From positions 32,001 through 96,000 of IMG/VR virus record IMGVR_UViG_3300035517_000383: DNA of 64,000 bases, one strand, 5' to 3'. Position 1 is the stretch's first letter, and each line of letters begins with the position of its first letter. The notes beneath the pieces were generated by a model. It was not told the origin of the DNA and made no database searches. It saw only the letters and a list, made by a program, of their open reading frames with translations. Shown in pieces: positions 1-10,205 of this stretch. Both the position numbers and the translations under genes were made by a program. Origin of the DNA: a virus. Taxonomy: Duplodnaviria; Caudoviricetes.

Positions 1-92
1 GAACAACCAATTATCTTCGCAACCTGTGACTTAATTCCAATCTCACAGTAGAGTTCATTTATTTGTTCTGCTATTTCTGGTGTTATTTTCAT
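1..92 (-). CDS. HTH DNA-binding protein (truncated at window edge)
   Basis: ATG at 92 overlaps the TGA of the upstream ORF. MKITPEIAEQINELYCEIGIKSQVAKIIGCS resembles the two HTH units of the 47366 protein. Confidence 0.6.
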   Translation of the reverse strand, partial: MKITPEIAEQINELYCEIGIKSQVAKIIGC

Positions 93-355
93 ATAATATC
101 CTCACTTTCATCTTCCCAAATCCATATAGTTTTTCCATTTTTCTTTAAGTAAAATATATTTTTCTCAATTTTGGTGGGATAATCATCTACAAGTTTAACA
201 TAAATTTTCACGTCTCCAAGTCGCTCTAAAAACTTTTTTCTTGTAATCTTAATATTAATCTGCTTTTCCTCTCCTAGTTTATTAATAGAATAAACTACAA
301 GATTAAAAGAAAATTTCAAAGTATTTTGCAATAGGATTCTATTTACATCCATCAT
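89..355 (-). CDS. hypothetical protein
   Basis: ORF with GGAG RBS, downstream of a sigma-A-type promoter near 390-417. Confidence 0.6.
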   Translation of the reverse strand: MMDVNRILLQNTLKFSFNLVVYSINKLGEEKQINIKITRKKFLERLGDVKIYVKLVDDYPTKIEKNIFYLKKNGKTIWIWEDESEDII

Positions 356-478
356 AAAATTTGTTTTCTCCTTTTTTCTTATAATAATATTATATCATAA
401 CAAAAGAAAAAAGTCAAGATATAATCTTGACTTTAATTAATACTCTTAAGTTATAAATAATTTTTCTTATTTAAAATC

Positions 479-724
479 TTAGTTATGAATTGCCGCACTA
501 TCATCTTCAACAATCCACTTCTCTATCTTACTATAAATATCTTCCTCAGAATATACCCAAGTATCTCCAAATTCCAAGGATGCGAGTGCGCCAATAACGC
601 TTTTACCATTAACACGATAGCCATTGGTTTTAGAAACAAGTTCTACTTTACCATTAACCTGCCCGCATATGTTACAAAATTCCTTTATATCTTCGAATCC
701 AGTGAGTTCAATTTTATTATACAT
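479..724 (-). CDS. HPr-like protein lacking the His15 phosphocarrier site
   Basis: RVNGKSVIGALASL matches the HPr Ser46 motif (VNAKSIMGVLSL); 81 aa; GGAGG RBS. Confidence 0.7.
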   Translation of the reverse strand: MYNKIELTGFEDIKEFCNICGQVNGKVELVSKTNGYRVNGKSVIGALASLEFGDTWVYSEEDIYSKIEKWIVEDDSAAIHN

Positions 725-736
725 ATATAATCCTCC

Positions 737-817
737 TTAAAACAAATCAAAAAAACCTTTAAATAATGAATATAGGATATAGAATACCAGACCCAAAATA
801 ACTAGAGTCCAAAGCAT
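737..817 (-). CDS. 26-aa single-TM micropeptide
   Basis: GGAGG RBS then MLWTLVILGLVFYILYSLFKGFFDLF*, directly after a promoter near 850-877. Confidence 0.5.
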   Translation of the reverse strand: MLWTLVILGLVFYILYSLFKGFFDLF

Positions 818-898
818 TAAGAATCCTCCTTTCTTTTAATCTATAATTATTATACCATAGACTTAAGAAAAAGTCAAACTATAATATTAAATTGGAAA

Positions 899-1939
899 TT
901 AGCCTCCAGCTTTTGAATTATACCCATATTCCATGGCTTTATAAAAATTAATCCAATATTTTTCTTTTTCAGCTTGTTCTTCTTTAGAACATACTTCTAC
1001 TATTTCAAAAGAGAAATTTTCTATACCCTCAGAAAACATTGCATCATAAATTTTTCCACTAATTCTATCAATATTACAGCCACGTTTAATATGCTCAATC
1101 CATCTTTTCTTAAAATTTACAGTTCTACCTACATACACTTTTTCATTGGTAATATTAGTAATCTTGTAAATTCCACCACAATCTTTTTTATCACCTAAAA
1201 TTCTATCAAACAATTCATTAGTTTTAGTTTTATAGTAAACTTCATAAAGAATTTTATAAAGAGCTTCTGGTTTTGAAAATTCAAGTGCTAAATTTTTTAG
1301 TTTATAGATGTCTTGCTGCGCCGCCGAGTCAATTTTTATGTGATAAAAATCACGTTGCTGACGAATTTCTTCATCTTGTTTAAAGCGAGCAATAATTTTC
1401 TTTTGTTTATCTTCATATTCTTGAATTTCTTTTTCAAGAGTCTCCCTTTGTAAATTTATTTGCTCGCTAAATTGAAAAAAATTTTCTTTTATTTTATCTT
1501 CTTCATCTTTAAAAGAAGCTTGTAATTGATTTAAACTTTTTTGATATTTATCTCTTTCCTCATAAAGAGCGTTAGTTAATTTAGATTGACGCTTAATTTC
1601 TTCGTCTTTATCCATTTGTTCATAATTTTTTCTAGTAGTGAGATAATTTTCTTCTAATTTCTCTAATTTTCTTTGATATCTTTGTTCTTCAATATTACAC
1701 TTATTTTGTAATTCGTTGGCTTGTTCTCGTAAAGAAGAAATTTTCTCTTCAACTTCTTTTGAGATTTCTTTTTCTAAGCTGTCCTTTTTCTTAGTTAAAT
1801 CTTTGGCTATTTTTTCTTGTTCTTTAGAAAAGTTTCCTTTTATTTTTTTAGAAGGAAGAAGTAGCTAACAGCAATTGAATATTGTTGCACCTAAGCCGGC
1901 GCAAAACAAACAAATTAATATTAATTTAATTGTACTCAT
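899..1939 (-). CDS. N-terminal TM + coiled coil + C-terminal GIY-YIG nuclease domain (1 in-frame TAG)
   Basis: ATG at 1939 overlaps the thyX stop (ATGA); frame is open through one TAG near 1865; GGIYKITN..VYVGRT..RWIEH is the GIY-YIG motif. Confidence 0.75.
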
Positions 1940-2622
1940 GTTTCTTCCCTCTTTGGCTTTCTGCCGCAAGAAAATTTCTCATTACAATATCCATATTCCT
2001 CACATTTAGGCTTAAATACTTTTTCTTCTTCAACTAAAAATTTCCATTCATCAGAATAAAAAGCAAGACTATCAAGAATATCATTCATAAGCTGGCGATA
2101 CTCCCAATAAGCACGAGTACACATTCTTACTCTACTCATATCAATCAAATTTCTTAAATTAGTTCTATAAACAATTTTTGTTTCCATAGCAAGCGGCAAC
2201 ATCATACTAATATCTTCTTTTGGAATATCTAAGTCCTTAAGAATATTAATACTTTTTGAAATTTGTTCCATAGTATTCTGATAAATTATCGCCGCCTCAT
2301 CGCATTTTTTTATAGAAGGTGGTGTTATATAAGAAAAATTATCATTTAAAACATAACGAGTAGATTCTTGAAGAAATGTCATTAATCCCCCTATATGTCT
2401 TGTAAACTCACGAATTACTCTTGCAGAATACCCTGAAATTTCCATATAAATTTGGGGATATTCGAGAACCCTACCATGTCCATTTCTTAAACATTCAAGT
2501 CCACGTTTAAAATTCTTTTCATGGTCTTTGGTGTCTGCATTCCAACATGAGCCTGCCATTTCACCGCACATTGTTAATGGAATATCTGTTGTATCTGTTA
2601 AAATTTTTACTCTCTTTCCCAC
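1936..2622 (-). CDS. thyX: FAD-dependent thymidylate synthase
   Basis: GHGRVLE and EFTRH...QESTRY (RHRX7-8SXR-like) motifs, TNLRNL, AYWEYR. Confidence 0.9.
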   Translation of the reverse strand: MGKRVKILTDTTDIPLTMCGEMAGSCWNADTKDHEKNFKRGLECLRNGHGRVLEYPQIYMEISGYSARVIREFTRHIGGLMTFLQESTRYVLNDNFSYITPPSIKKCDEAAIIYQNTMEQISKSINILKDLDIPKEDISMMLPLAMETKIVYRTNLRNLIDMSRVRMCTRAYWEYRQLMNDILDSLAFYSDEWKFLVEEEKVFKPKCEEYGYCNEKFSCGRKPKREET

Positions 2623-3162
2623 TTACTCCTCCTCCATTTTTTCATATGTTATCATAAAATTAATCATAGTTGGAATATAATTATACTCTATAGGACTATA
2701 TCCCCATTCATCAATACTAATACTTAATGTTCTATTTTTAAACGAGGTTTTACCTATATCAACTAAACTTCGAGGTGCCGCAACATACCCCTGAGATACT
2801 AATGCTTTATAATTATCTTTGTTACTTAAAATTACAATACGCTGTTCAGTTCCTTCAATTTCTCCTCTAACATAACCATTAATACAATATATCCCACTTA
2901 TTCCTAAATTAAAATATTCTTCTCTTGTAAATTTTGATTCATTTTCTTTAAAAGTAATTAACTTTATTGTACCTGTAAGTTGTGAAAATAATTCCTTTGT
3001 TTCCTCAAATGAACCATGACTTATATCTCCCATTAAAAGAACATATTCATCATTTGTAATAACACTTGTCCAATTATCTATAATTGATTTATTACGTTTT
3101 TCTGGAGTATCAAAATTATCATCTATTGAAAAGAATTTCGGGTCAGCAACAATATAAACCAT
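2623..3162 (-). CDS. calcineurin-like phosphoesterase, degenerate
   Basis: YIVADPKF, WTSVITNDEYVLLMGD and ISIDEWGYSPI resemble phage metallophosphoesterases, but the metal-binding His residues are missing. Confidence 0.55.
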   Translation of the reverse strand: MVYIVADPKFFSIDDNFDTPEKRNKSIIDNWTSVITNDEYVLLMGDISHGSFEETKELFSQLTGTIKLITFKENESKFTREEYFNLGISGIYCINGYVRGEIEGTEQRIVILSNKDNYKALVSQGYVAAPRSLVDIGKTSFKNRTLSISIDEWGYSPIEYNYIPTMINFMITYEKMEEE

Positions 3163-3392
3163 TTTTCTTACCTCCTATTGTTTAATTTATAATAATTATA
3201 CCATATTCTATAAAAAAAGTCAAATAAAAAGAGAGTAGTATAAACTACTCCCTTACTCGCGTGAAATTTCCCCATAATGATTATTTTCGCTTCATTTTAT
3301 TGGATTCTCTTTTTGCTTACGCAATTGATTTGCCACGTCAATTTACGCTATTTTCTTCATTATGGTTGCCAATCATAATGTTAATTTTCTTC

Positions 3393-4316
3393 TTATCCAA
3401 TATAGCAATTTACACTGACAACTCCCTGATTTTGGAATTGACAATTGCTATTATAATAGTAAAAGAAGTCTATTACTTCTGAATTGCCTGCATCACAATC
3501 ATCTAAGTAATAATATCCATTCATTTCTGGATACCCATTAATTTCTAAATAAACCTGAGTTCTATTTCCATTATAGTTATATCCATATAAATTATATAGA
3601 TAAGACGAAGCTATAGAACCCTTTATATTACCTTCTCCATAAAGACAATCTATCAATGTTCGTCCTGAACCACCTACCATTGCGCCGCCATAAGCATAGA
3701 AAGTTCCTCTTGAAAAGGTTTTAACATAAGTTAACCCACTAGAATTACTTTCAACTTGCGGCTCCTCATAAAGATTAATAATTTCAATATGAGGATTACA
3801 TTCATCACATAGCCGCGCCTCAATATCCTCTGTCGAGGTAATTTCATAGCAACTATTATCCGCCCATCGACAAGATGAATAATGAATATAATGCGTCGTT
3901 GGCTTATAAACAATAGTATTAATAGTTTCAAAAGCTACTTCATCGTTTAATTCTTCATTTTCTAATAGTATACATTCTGTTGTTTCAATTTCTTCTTGTA
4001 TATTTTCAATTGTTGTTGTTGTAACTATATTAGTCGTAATATCTGTTGTAACACCTATTTCTGTTGTAGTATTAAAAATTGTAGTAGTAATATTTGAAGT
4101 TGTAGACAAGATATTTTGTTTTGTAGTACTACTAGAAGTTATAACTGTGGTACTTATTGGGCTATTAGTCGTATAAGTAACAACACTATTTTCGCTATAG
4201 TCAATACTACTTACTATACTTTCATTTTCGGAAGCATTTACTACAAAAATAGTAAATATACCTATCATAAATAATAAAATAAAACCCCAAAAATTTCTAT
4301 AAAAAAAGTTCCTCAT
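3393..4316 (-). CDS. secreted/membrane protein: signal/TM, Thr-rich linker, Cys/His metal-binding module, C-terminal 3D-like domain
   Basis: Hydrophobic N-terminus; Thr/Ser-rich stretch; HYSSC..LCDECNP; TFY..GGSG..IAS..YYLDDCD..VIDFF resembles the 3D cell-wall hydrolase domain. Confidence 0.55.
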   Translation of the reverse strand: MRNFFYRNFWGFILLFMIGIFTIFVVNASENESIVSSIDYSENSVVTYTTNSPISTTVITSSSTTKQNILSTTSNITTTIFNTTTEIGVTTDITTNIVTTTTIENIQEEIETTECILLENEELNDEVAFETINTIVYKPTTHYIHYSSCRWADNSCYEITSTEDIEARLCDECNPHIEIINLYEEPQVESNSSGLTYVKTFSRGTFYAYGGAMVGGSGRTLIDCLYGEGNIKGSIASSYLYNLYGYNYNGNRTQVYLEINGYPEMNGYYYLDDCDAGNSEVIDFFYYYNSNCQFQNQGVVSVNCYIG

Positions 4317-4423
4317 ATTAAATTCCTCCTTAATAATAGTTCATTACTGAACTCTCTTAAGGGGAAATTCACGCATTTTAGTAGCAAAACGCTACAATAT
4401 AAAGTGTATTTTAACTTAAAATA

Positions 4424-4897
4424 TTATAGTAAAATCATATCTGGCGGGTTATCGTCATAACCAAAAAAGATAATATAGATAAGTTCATCTTTTATTCCAT
4501 ATAAATAACCTTGAATATCTTGTTTCTTATCTTTAAAAATTTTACAATAAATATTGTCTGAATTAACCAGTGAATTAATTTCATCTTCTGCCGCCGCTAT
4601 ATCTTCTGAATAGCTTAAATAATTTATTGCATTATTAAAAATATCAAATGGCGCAGATAGTCCAATCTCCTTACCATATTGTAGAATCGGAGCATTACTA
4701 CACATAGAAATTTTATATTGACCCATATTAGAAATATTTTTCTTTATATCGGGTAAAATGGAAGTGTTAAAAATCACTTGTCTTAAAGTTCTATTAGGAT
4801 AAAACATTTTAACTCTCATATAATTTAACCAAAAATGAACTCTTCCATCTATTTCTATTTGAGTATTTTCATCTTGATATATTAAATAATTCTCCAT
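4424..4897 (-). CDS. hypothetical protein
   Basis: 157-aa ORF coupled to the helicase stop. Confidence 0.6.
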   Translation of the reverse strand: MENYLIYQDENTQIEIDGRVHFWLNYMRVKMFYPNRTLRQVIFNTSILPDIKKNISNMGQYKISMCSNAPILQYGKEIGLSAPFDIFNNAINYLSYSEDIAAAEDEINSLVNSDNIYCKIFKDKKQDIQGYLYGIKDELIYIIFFGYDDNPPDMILL

Positions 4898-7068
4898 TAA
4901 AATTTAATCACCTTTCTATCTGACTTATCAAATAAATTTCCTGCCTTTGCCGACGGCGGCATAGACTTACCAAAAGAACGCTTTGCAATTGTAGGACACC
5001 AATACAAAGATTGCTCTGCTCGTGTCGCCGCAACATAAGCTATTCTTCTTTCTTCTTCACTATAAACTCGTGCACCTACTACAATTACATTTTTAAATTG
5101 TTCTCCTTTCGCAGAATGAATTGTTAAAATTTTAACTCTATTAGTTGCCATAAGAGCTTTTAATTCAAAATTATCTAAGTCTCCTTTTTTAAAAGTTACG
5201 TTAGGAATATCCCTTTTATCCAATGCTTGCTGTGCGGCTTCAATCTCGTTGTTAGTTCTGGTTAAGATAGCCCAGTTTCCCCAATCACCAGACCATTCTA
5301 ACTCTTCTAAAGCGTCTATAAAGCCACATTCCTCAATAAGTCCATTTTTTGTTTTTATTGGAATAGTATGAGGACTTAATTGTTCGGAATTATTAAGAAA
5401 ATTTTCTGCAAAAGTTACAATATTGGGAGGGTTTCGATAATTTTCCACAAGATAATATTTTTTATAACTATCATCTAAATACATATTATGAAGATATTCG
5501 TCACTACATCCTCTAAAAGAATATATTGCTTGCCGCGAGTCGCCGCAGAAAAAGATATTCTCAGTTGGAATTTTCATTAAGAAATTATATTCTAAAGAAC
5601 TAATATCTTGACATTCATCAATAAATAGATATTTAATATTCTGATATTTAGTAGATGGTAAAGTTAAAGCTTTCTCAATAATTTTATCAAACTTTTGTCT
5701 TAAAATATATTCGGTATTATCAATATGATTTAAAGAACAAATTTTATTAGCATAAGAATGAATAGTTCCAATAAAAACTTCTTCCGCAATATTTCCTAAT
5801 CTATCTCTCATTTCTTGTGCCGCTTGATTAGTAAAGGTTATACTAACTATATCTTTTGGTTTGATGTTTTTTTCATTAATAAGATAGTTAACTCTTTCCG
5901 TAATCAAACGAGTATTATGAGTAACAATAAAATCATTCATTAAAAATAAATGTTCTTCATTATCTACATAAAAGCACGTCATTTCTTCCTCATAACCAAG
6001 AGATTCAATGTTACTAATTGTTGTTTTATCATAATTTCTATGTTGTTTTTCTTCCTTGATACTGAGGGCTATTTCTTTTTTTCTTGGTAGCCAGAATAAC
6101 TTTTCTTTTTCTAAGTTTGAAATATTAATTGATAGCTTATACGCTTCCTCTTTGGTGTATTTTTCTACTCTCGTGTCTGTTAGAATGGTGCTAATATAGC
6201 CAAGAGAGCCTAAAACTTCTTGTAAGTCAAGAATTAATTGATAACTTGTTGAACTAAAGGAAACGGGTGCTGTGAAAAGACCTTCTCTTCCTTTTATTTT
6301 GGAAATACTTCCATCAGTATCCATTAATCCACGAACTAATTGTAATCTTTGTTCTATTGAACCATATTTATATTCTTCTGGAATACACTTGTCATATGAA
6401 TAATTAATTAACTCTTTCGGCAATATATTACTATGTAGATTTTCACCATTTTGTTTAAAAGTCCAATTAAAATTATTTTTAGATAGTTTTTTTATAGTGA
6501 CATTATCTCCCAATAATTGTGCGATGTGATTTGGAATAACATCATCCTCAGAAGATAATATAAGTTGATGTTCTCGACAACAGCCATCTCCTAAAAATGC
6601 TCCAATAACATATGGGTGTATATCATATTTTTTTTCACTATAAGAAACTGCTTTAGAACAAGGAATTGAAAACTGATGTGATTTATGCCCCCTCTTATCA
6701 ATTATTTCCCATTTGTCTTTTAATATTTCATCTACAGTCATTTCTCTAAAATCATTTTTATTTTTCCATGTTCTTTTATTTACATACCAAATGTGGTCTT
6801 TAGAACATTTTGCTTTTCTTTTATCTCCAAAGGTAATTTCATAAACCTCTTTTTTACCTTGTGGATAAATTCCAAGTACCTTGGTTGGATTACCATATCT
6901 ATCAAATAGATAATCACCTATTTTAATATCCCCAACTCTCTTCTTACCTTCTGTCGTCGGAATGACAGTAGAATTTGGTAGAGCTTTGCCACTTCCAGCA
7001 GAGGCCAAACATAAAACCTTATTTTCTTCTGCAACTAAAGCTTTCTTTTGTCTTATATTCAGTTTCAT
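4897..7068 (-). CDS. UvrD/Rep-family SF1 helicase containing an intein
   Basis: ASAGSGK|T Walker A split by the intein; TFTNQAA, GTIHS, IDECQD, GDSRQAIYSFRG, NYR, TIHSAKG, YVAATRA. Confidence 0.92.
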   Translation of the reverse strand: MKLNIRQKKALVAEENKVLCLASAGSGKALPNSTVIPTTEGKKRVGDIKIGDYLFDRYGNPTKVLGIYPQGKKEVYEITFGDKRKAKCSKDHIWYVNKRTWKNKNDFREMTVDEILKDKWEIIDKRGHKSHQFSIPCSKAVSYSEKKYDIHPYVIGAFLGDGCCREHQLILSSEDDVIPNHIAQLLGDNVTIKKLSKNNFNWTFKQNGENLHSNILPKELINYSYDKCIPEEYKYGSIEQRLQLVRGLMDTDGSISKIKGREGLFTAPVSFSSTSYQLILDLQEVLGSLGYISTILTDTRVEKYTKEEAYKLSINISNLEKEKLFWLPRKKEIALSIKEEKQHRNYDKTTISNIESLGYEEEMTCFYVDNEEHLFLMNDFIVTHNTRLITERVNYLINEKNIKPKDIVSITFTNQAAQEMRDRLGNIAEEVFIGTIHSYANKICSLNHIDNTEYILRQKFDKIIEKALTLPSTKYQNIKYLFIDECQDISSLEYNFLMKIPTENIFFCGDSRQAIYSFRGCSDEYLHNMYLDDSYKKYYLVENYRNPPNIVTFAENFLNNSEQLSPHTIPIKTKNGLIEECGFIDALEELEWSGDWGNWAILTRTNNEIEAAQQALDKRDIPNVTFKKGDLDNFELKALMATNRVKILTIHSAKGEQFKNVIVVGARVYSEEERRIAYVAATRAEQSLYWCPTIAKRSFGKSMPPSAKAGNLFDKSDRKVIKF
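5914..6984 (-). mobile_element. class 3 (Ala1, WCT) intein with LAGLIDADG homing endonuclease, 357 aa
   Basis: Starts ALPNST and ends VTHN|T; Trp in block B (DHIW), Cys in block F (MTCFYV), Thr in block G; LAGLIDADG helices IGAFLGDG and RGLMDTDG. Confidence 0.88.
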
Positions 7069-7153
7069 TTTCTAAATCTCCTCTTCATTTTTCTATAATC
7101 ATATTATATCACAGTTAAAAGAAAAAGTCAAGATTTCTCTTGACTTAGTTCTC

Positions 7154-8632
7154 TTACTGACATAACCATTCTATATTTGTACAATTTTTAAAAGTATACT
7201 TAGAATTCAGTTTTTCTTCATCGGTAATATATGGATAAGAATTTTCATCCGTATAATTATATAAATAATCAGTAGTTACTATTCCATTTTCTTCAGGCTT
7301 TCTTGCCGCATAATTTCCTCCTGAACCAATATCTGGTGGTAAATATAATAAAGTAGTATTATCATCTTTATCTGGTTCTATTTGAGACTATAAATATTTT
7401 ACACTTCTTAAGTTACCACAATTTGAAAAAGCTTCTGTATCTACCACTGTTAAACTAGTACATTCTGTAAAATCTATTTTATTTAAGCCTGCTGAATTAT
7501 AAAAAGCCTTTTCTCCTATTGTTTTTAAACTAGAAGGAAATACGGTATATCCTTCCTCATTTTTATCTATATTAAGTAGAGCAAGGTTAGACATTTCTGC
7601 AAAAGCATATTTACCTATTTTTTCTAATTTAGGAGAATTAATAGTAATTTCACCACTTATACCACTTCCATAAAAAGCATAGTCACCAATTTCTTTTACA
7701 GAAGACGATATAATAATACCATCAGTAGCATTTACTATGTTTGCAAAATATTCTATAGTTTCTATTGTATCTGAAATTACAAGTTTTCTCATAGTTCCAG
7801 CAGTAAAACATAAGGTTATATCATCTTCATCATTAATAGATGGTAAAGAGGAAGGAGTTATACCGTCTCCAATACCAAGATAATATGAGGAAGATTTATA
7901 TTCATCTTGTGAAGAAAAATATTTAATATTATCTTCCGTTTCTCCATTCAACCAGAAACCAGATTCATCAGCATTATAATAAACCAATCTAGCTGAAATA
8001 CAATTGAATAAATATAATTTATTTTCTATTTCATAATAATAACCCGTTCCTAGTTCCAAAGAAAAATCTGAGCCGCCGCTATTATCTTGAAAGCCTACAA
8101 TTTCACAAGAACCAGCTATATAAACTTTATAACATTCTTCTCCTGATTCTAAAGTAATTATTTCATTATTATAATTTGTCTCTTCTTGTTTCTTTATCAA
8201 TACATAAATTCTTCCAGTTGAATCAATTTGATAATAAATAGTATTCTCATCAACTTCGTGTCCTAAATTTTTCATATATTCTCTAGCAATAGAATTTAAA
8301 GTGTCAATATCCAAAGAAGAAGTATAAGTATTATTATCATCATCTGTGTTATAAATAATAACCAAATCTTTCGAAGAAAAACCTTCTGGAAAAGAACCAT
8401 TAATTATAGTTGGAATTTCTGGAAGTTCTTCTTCTATTTTTTTAATATATTGAAGATATATTGTTTTTATATCTTCTAAATCCATATAAGTAGCTTTAAT
8501 TGTAATAGGCGTTTTTTCATTATAAGTATCATAGTTATTATTATTTGAATCTGTTACAATATTACCAGTCTTATCCGTTATATTTTTAATATCTTTTTTT
8601 TCAAAAATAATTTTATTTTCTTGAATCTTCAC
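7154..8632 (-). CDS. BspA-type leucine-rich-repeat protein, probable virion/adhesion protein (1 TAG)
   Basis: Repeats VKEIGDYAF, LEKIGKYAF, LKTIGEKAF, VDTEAFSNC; frame continues past TAG 7388 to TAA 7154. Confidence 0.75.
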
Positions 8633-8645
8633 TAAATATCACCTC

Positions 8646-10190
8646 TTAGTTAGCTAAAGAATTATTCCAACAACTAGGTATTTCACCTAAATAATATTTT
8701 GTTATTCCATTGTCTAATTTTATATCTTCATATGAGGTATTTGTATTTTTTTCAGAGCCGTATTCTGTTTTTGAAATTGCTACAGTTTTTTTATGATTAC
8801 TGCTATTCAATTCATTTAAATCTTGTGCTGTAAAACTAACGATTTTAGTATTGCTACCTGTTAATGATTCAACAGCATCATATCCATTTAATTCAAATTT
8901 AGTAATATTAATCTTGTCAACATCTACTGTAGCTTCTATTTGAGGAACAATTCTTATTGCACTATAAAATTTTTTAGAACCTTTTTCATCGGATATCTTA
9001 CTTAAAGCTTTAGCTGCACTAATATATCTATATCCATAGTCTTCTTCTCTTGCCGCCGCTAGCTTTGATAAATATTCTGATGGTTGAAAACTAATCTTCT
9101 AAGTATTACCGAGAGTAATATATGTCCAAGTCTCTTGTCCTCTATGATAAAAGAAGATATAAGGATAGTATTCTTTATTATAATAATTATGCTTATAATT
9201 TCTAGCTTTAATTATAGGAAGAATAACCAAATTTGTTTTATTATATTTATCTGCTAAGAATTTAATCCTTTCTAAAACTACATTTGCCGCAATATAACCT
9301 GTATCAAAATTATCGTATTTTTTTTCCAATGAAACTTTTGATATTGGCAATGGTATAACTTCTATGCGAACTTCTGTACAAAATTTCTAAGATTCTATTG
9401 CTGTTGCCGCCCAAAGAAATAAAATGTTTTCCCATAACTAAGAAACTTCGTCAAATAGCTTCTTAAACATATCGGGAATTGGAGCATCTTCATCAAACAA
9501 GTACCCACAAATTACTCCCAAAACCTAAGCAATAACCCAGAAATTTCTATTTAAATCTTCAATTTCAACTCTACGTGTATTTTTAGGCATTATTAAACGT
9601 ATCCACTGATTTATAGACCACTCTGAGGTATCTATAGTTTCAAGAGTTCCATCCTCTTTTCTATAATTAACTTCTTTTGGCATTCGTGTAAACTAAAGAT
9701 TTAAAGGGTTTTTAAGAACACTTAAGGTTTTATCATTTCCGCGTATTTGTATATAACTATTTAAATTAATATTTTTCCATGGTCTGACCCACTCTTCTTT
9801 AGAAAAATTTCGTCCAGCGTCAGCATTTTTTATATCAGCTTTTGTTGCCCATTCCGCACCCTGAATTACACTGTTATCATTTTCTTCTGAATTATCCAAG
9901 TACTTATAAAAATAATTTATTGCTGTTTGAACCGATTCATTCCAAAAACCGTTGACATCTGTCTTATTCTTAAAATTTTCAATATCAACCTAATCAATAT
10001 CACTGTTATTTTCAATAAATTCCATTAAACTATTTTCTTCAAATAATGATTGTATTTCTAGAGAATAGTTCTTCATGTATTGCAAAAAATTCTTCCATGC
10101 GGCCGCACGTTGTTCTGGAGATAATTTTAAAACTTCACTTAATTTATCTTTAGAATTTTCAGTAGTAAATAGTGTTTTTATACTATTCAA
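8646..10190 (-). CDS. large probable virion protein, paralogue C (514 aa, TAG=Gln)
   Basis: ORF pieces 9990, 9693 and 9099 share one frame, separated only by TAG; shares the WIRLIMP..EDLNRNFWV..LWENIL block with paralogues A and B. Confidence 0.75.
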
Positions 10191-10205
10191 ATTAACTCAC
10201 CTCCC

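Noticed and set aside
3261-3482. Short antisense or overlapping ORFs (also 485, 974, 16862, 28700, 28922, 32141, 57748 and similar)
   Set aside because: They overlap well-supported genes on the opposite strand or frame and lack RBS or motifs
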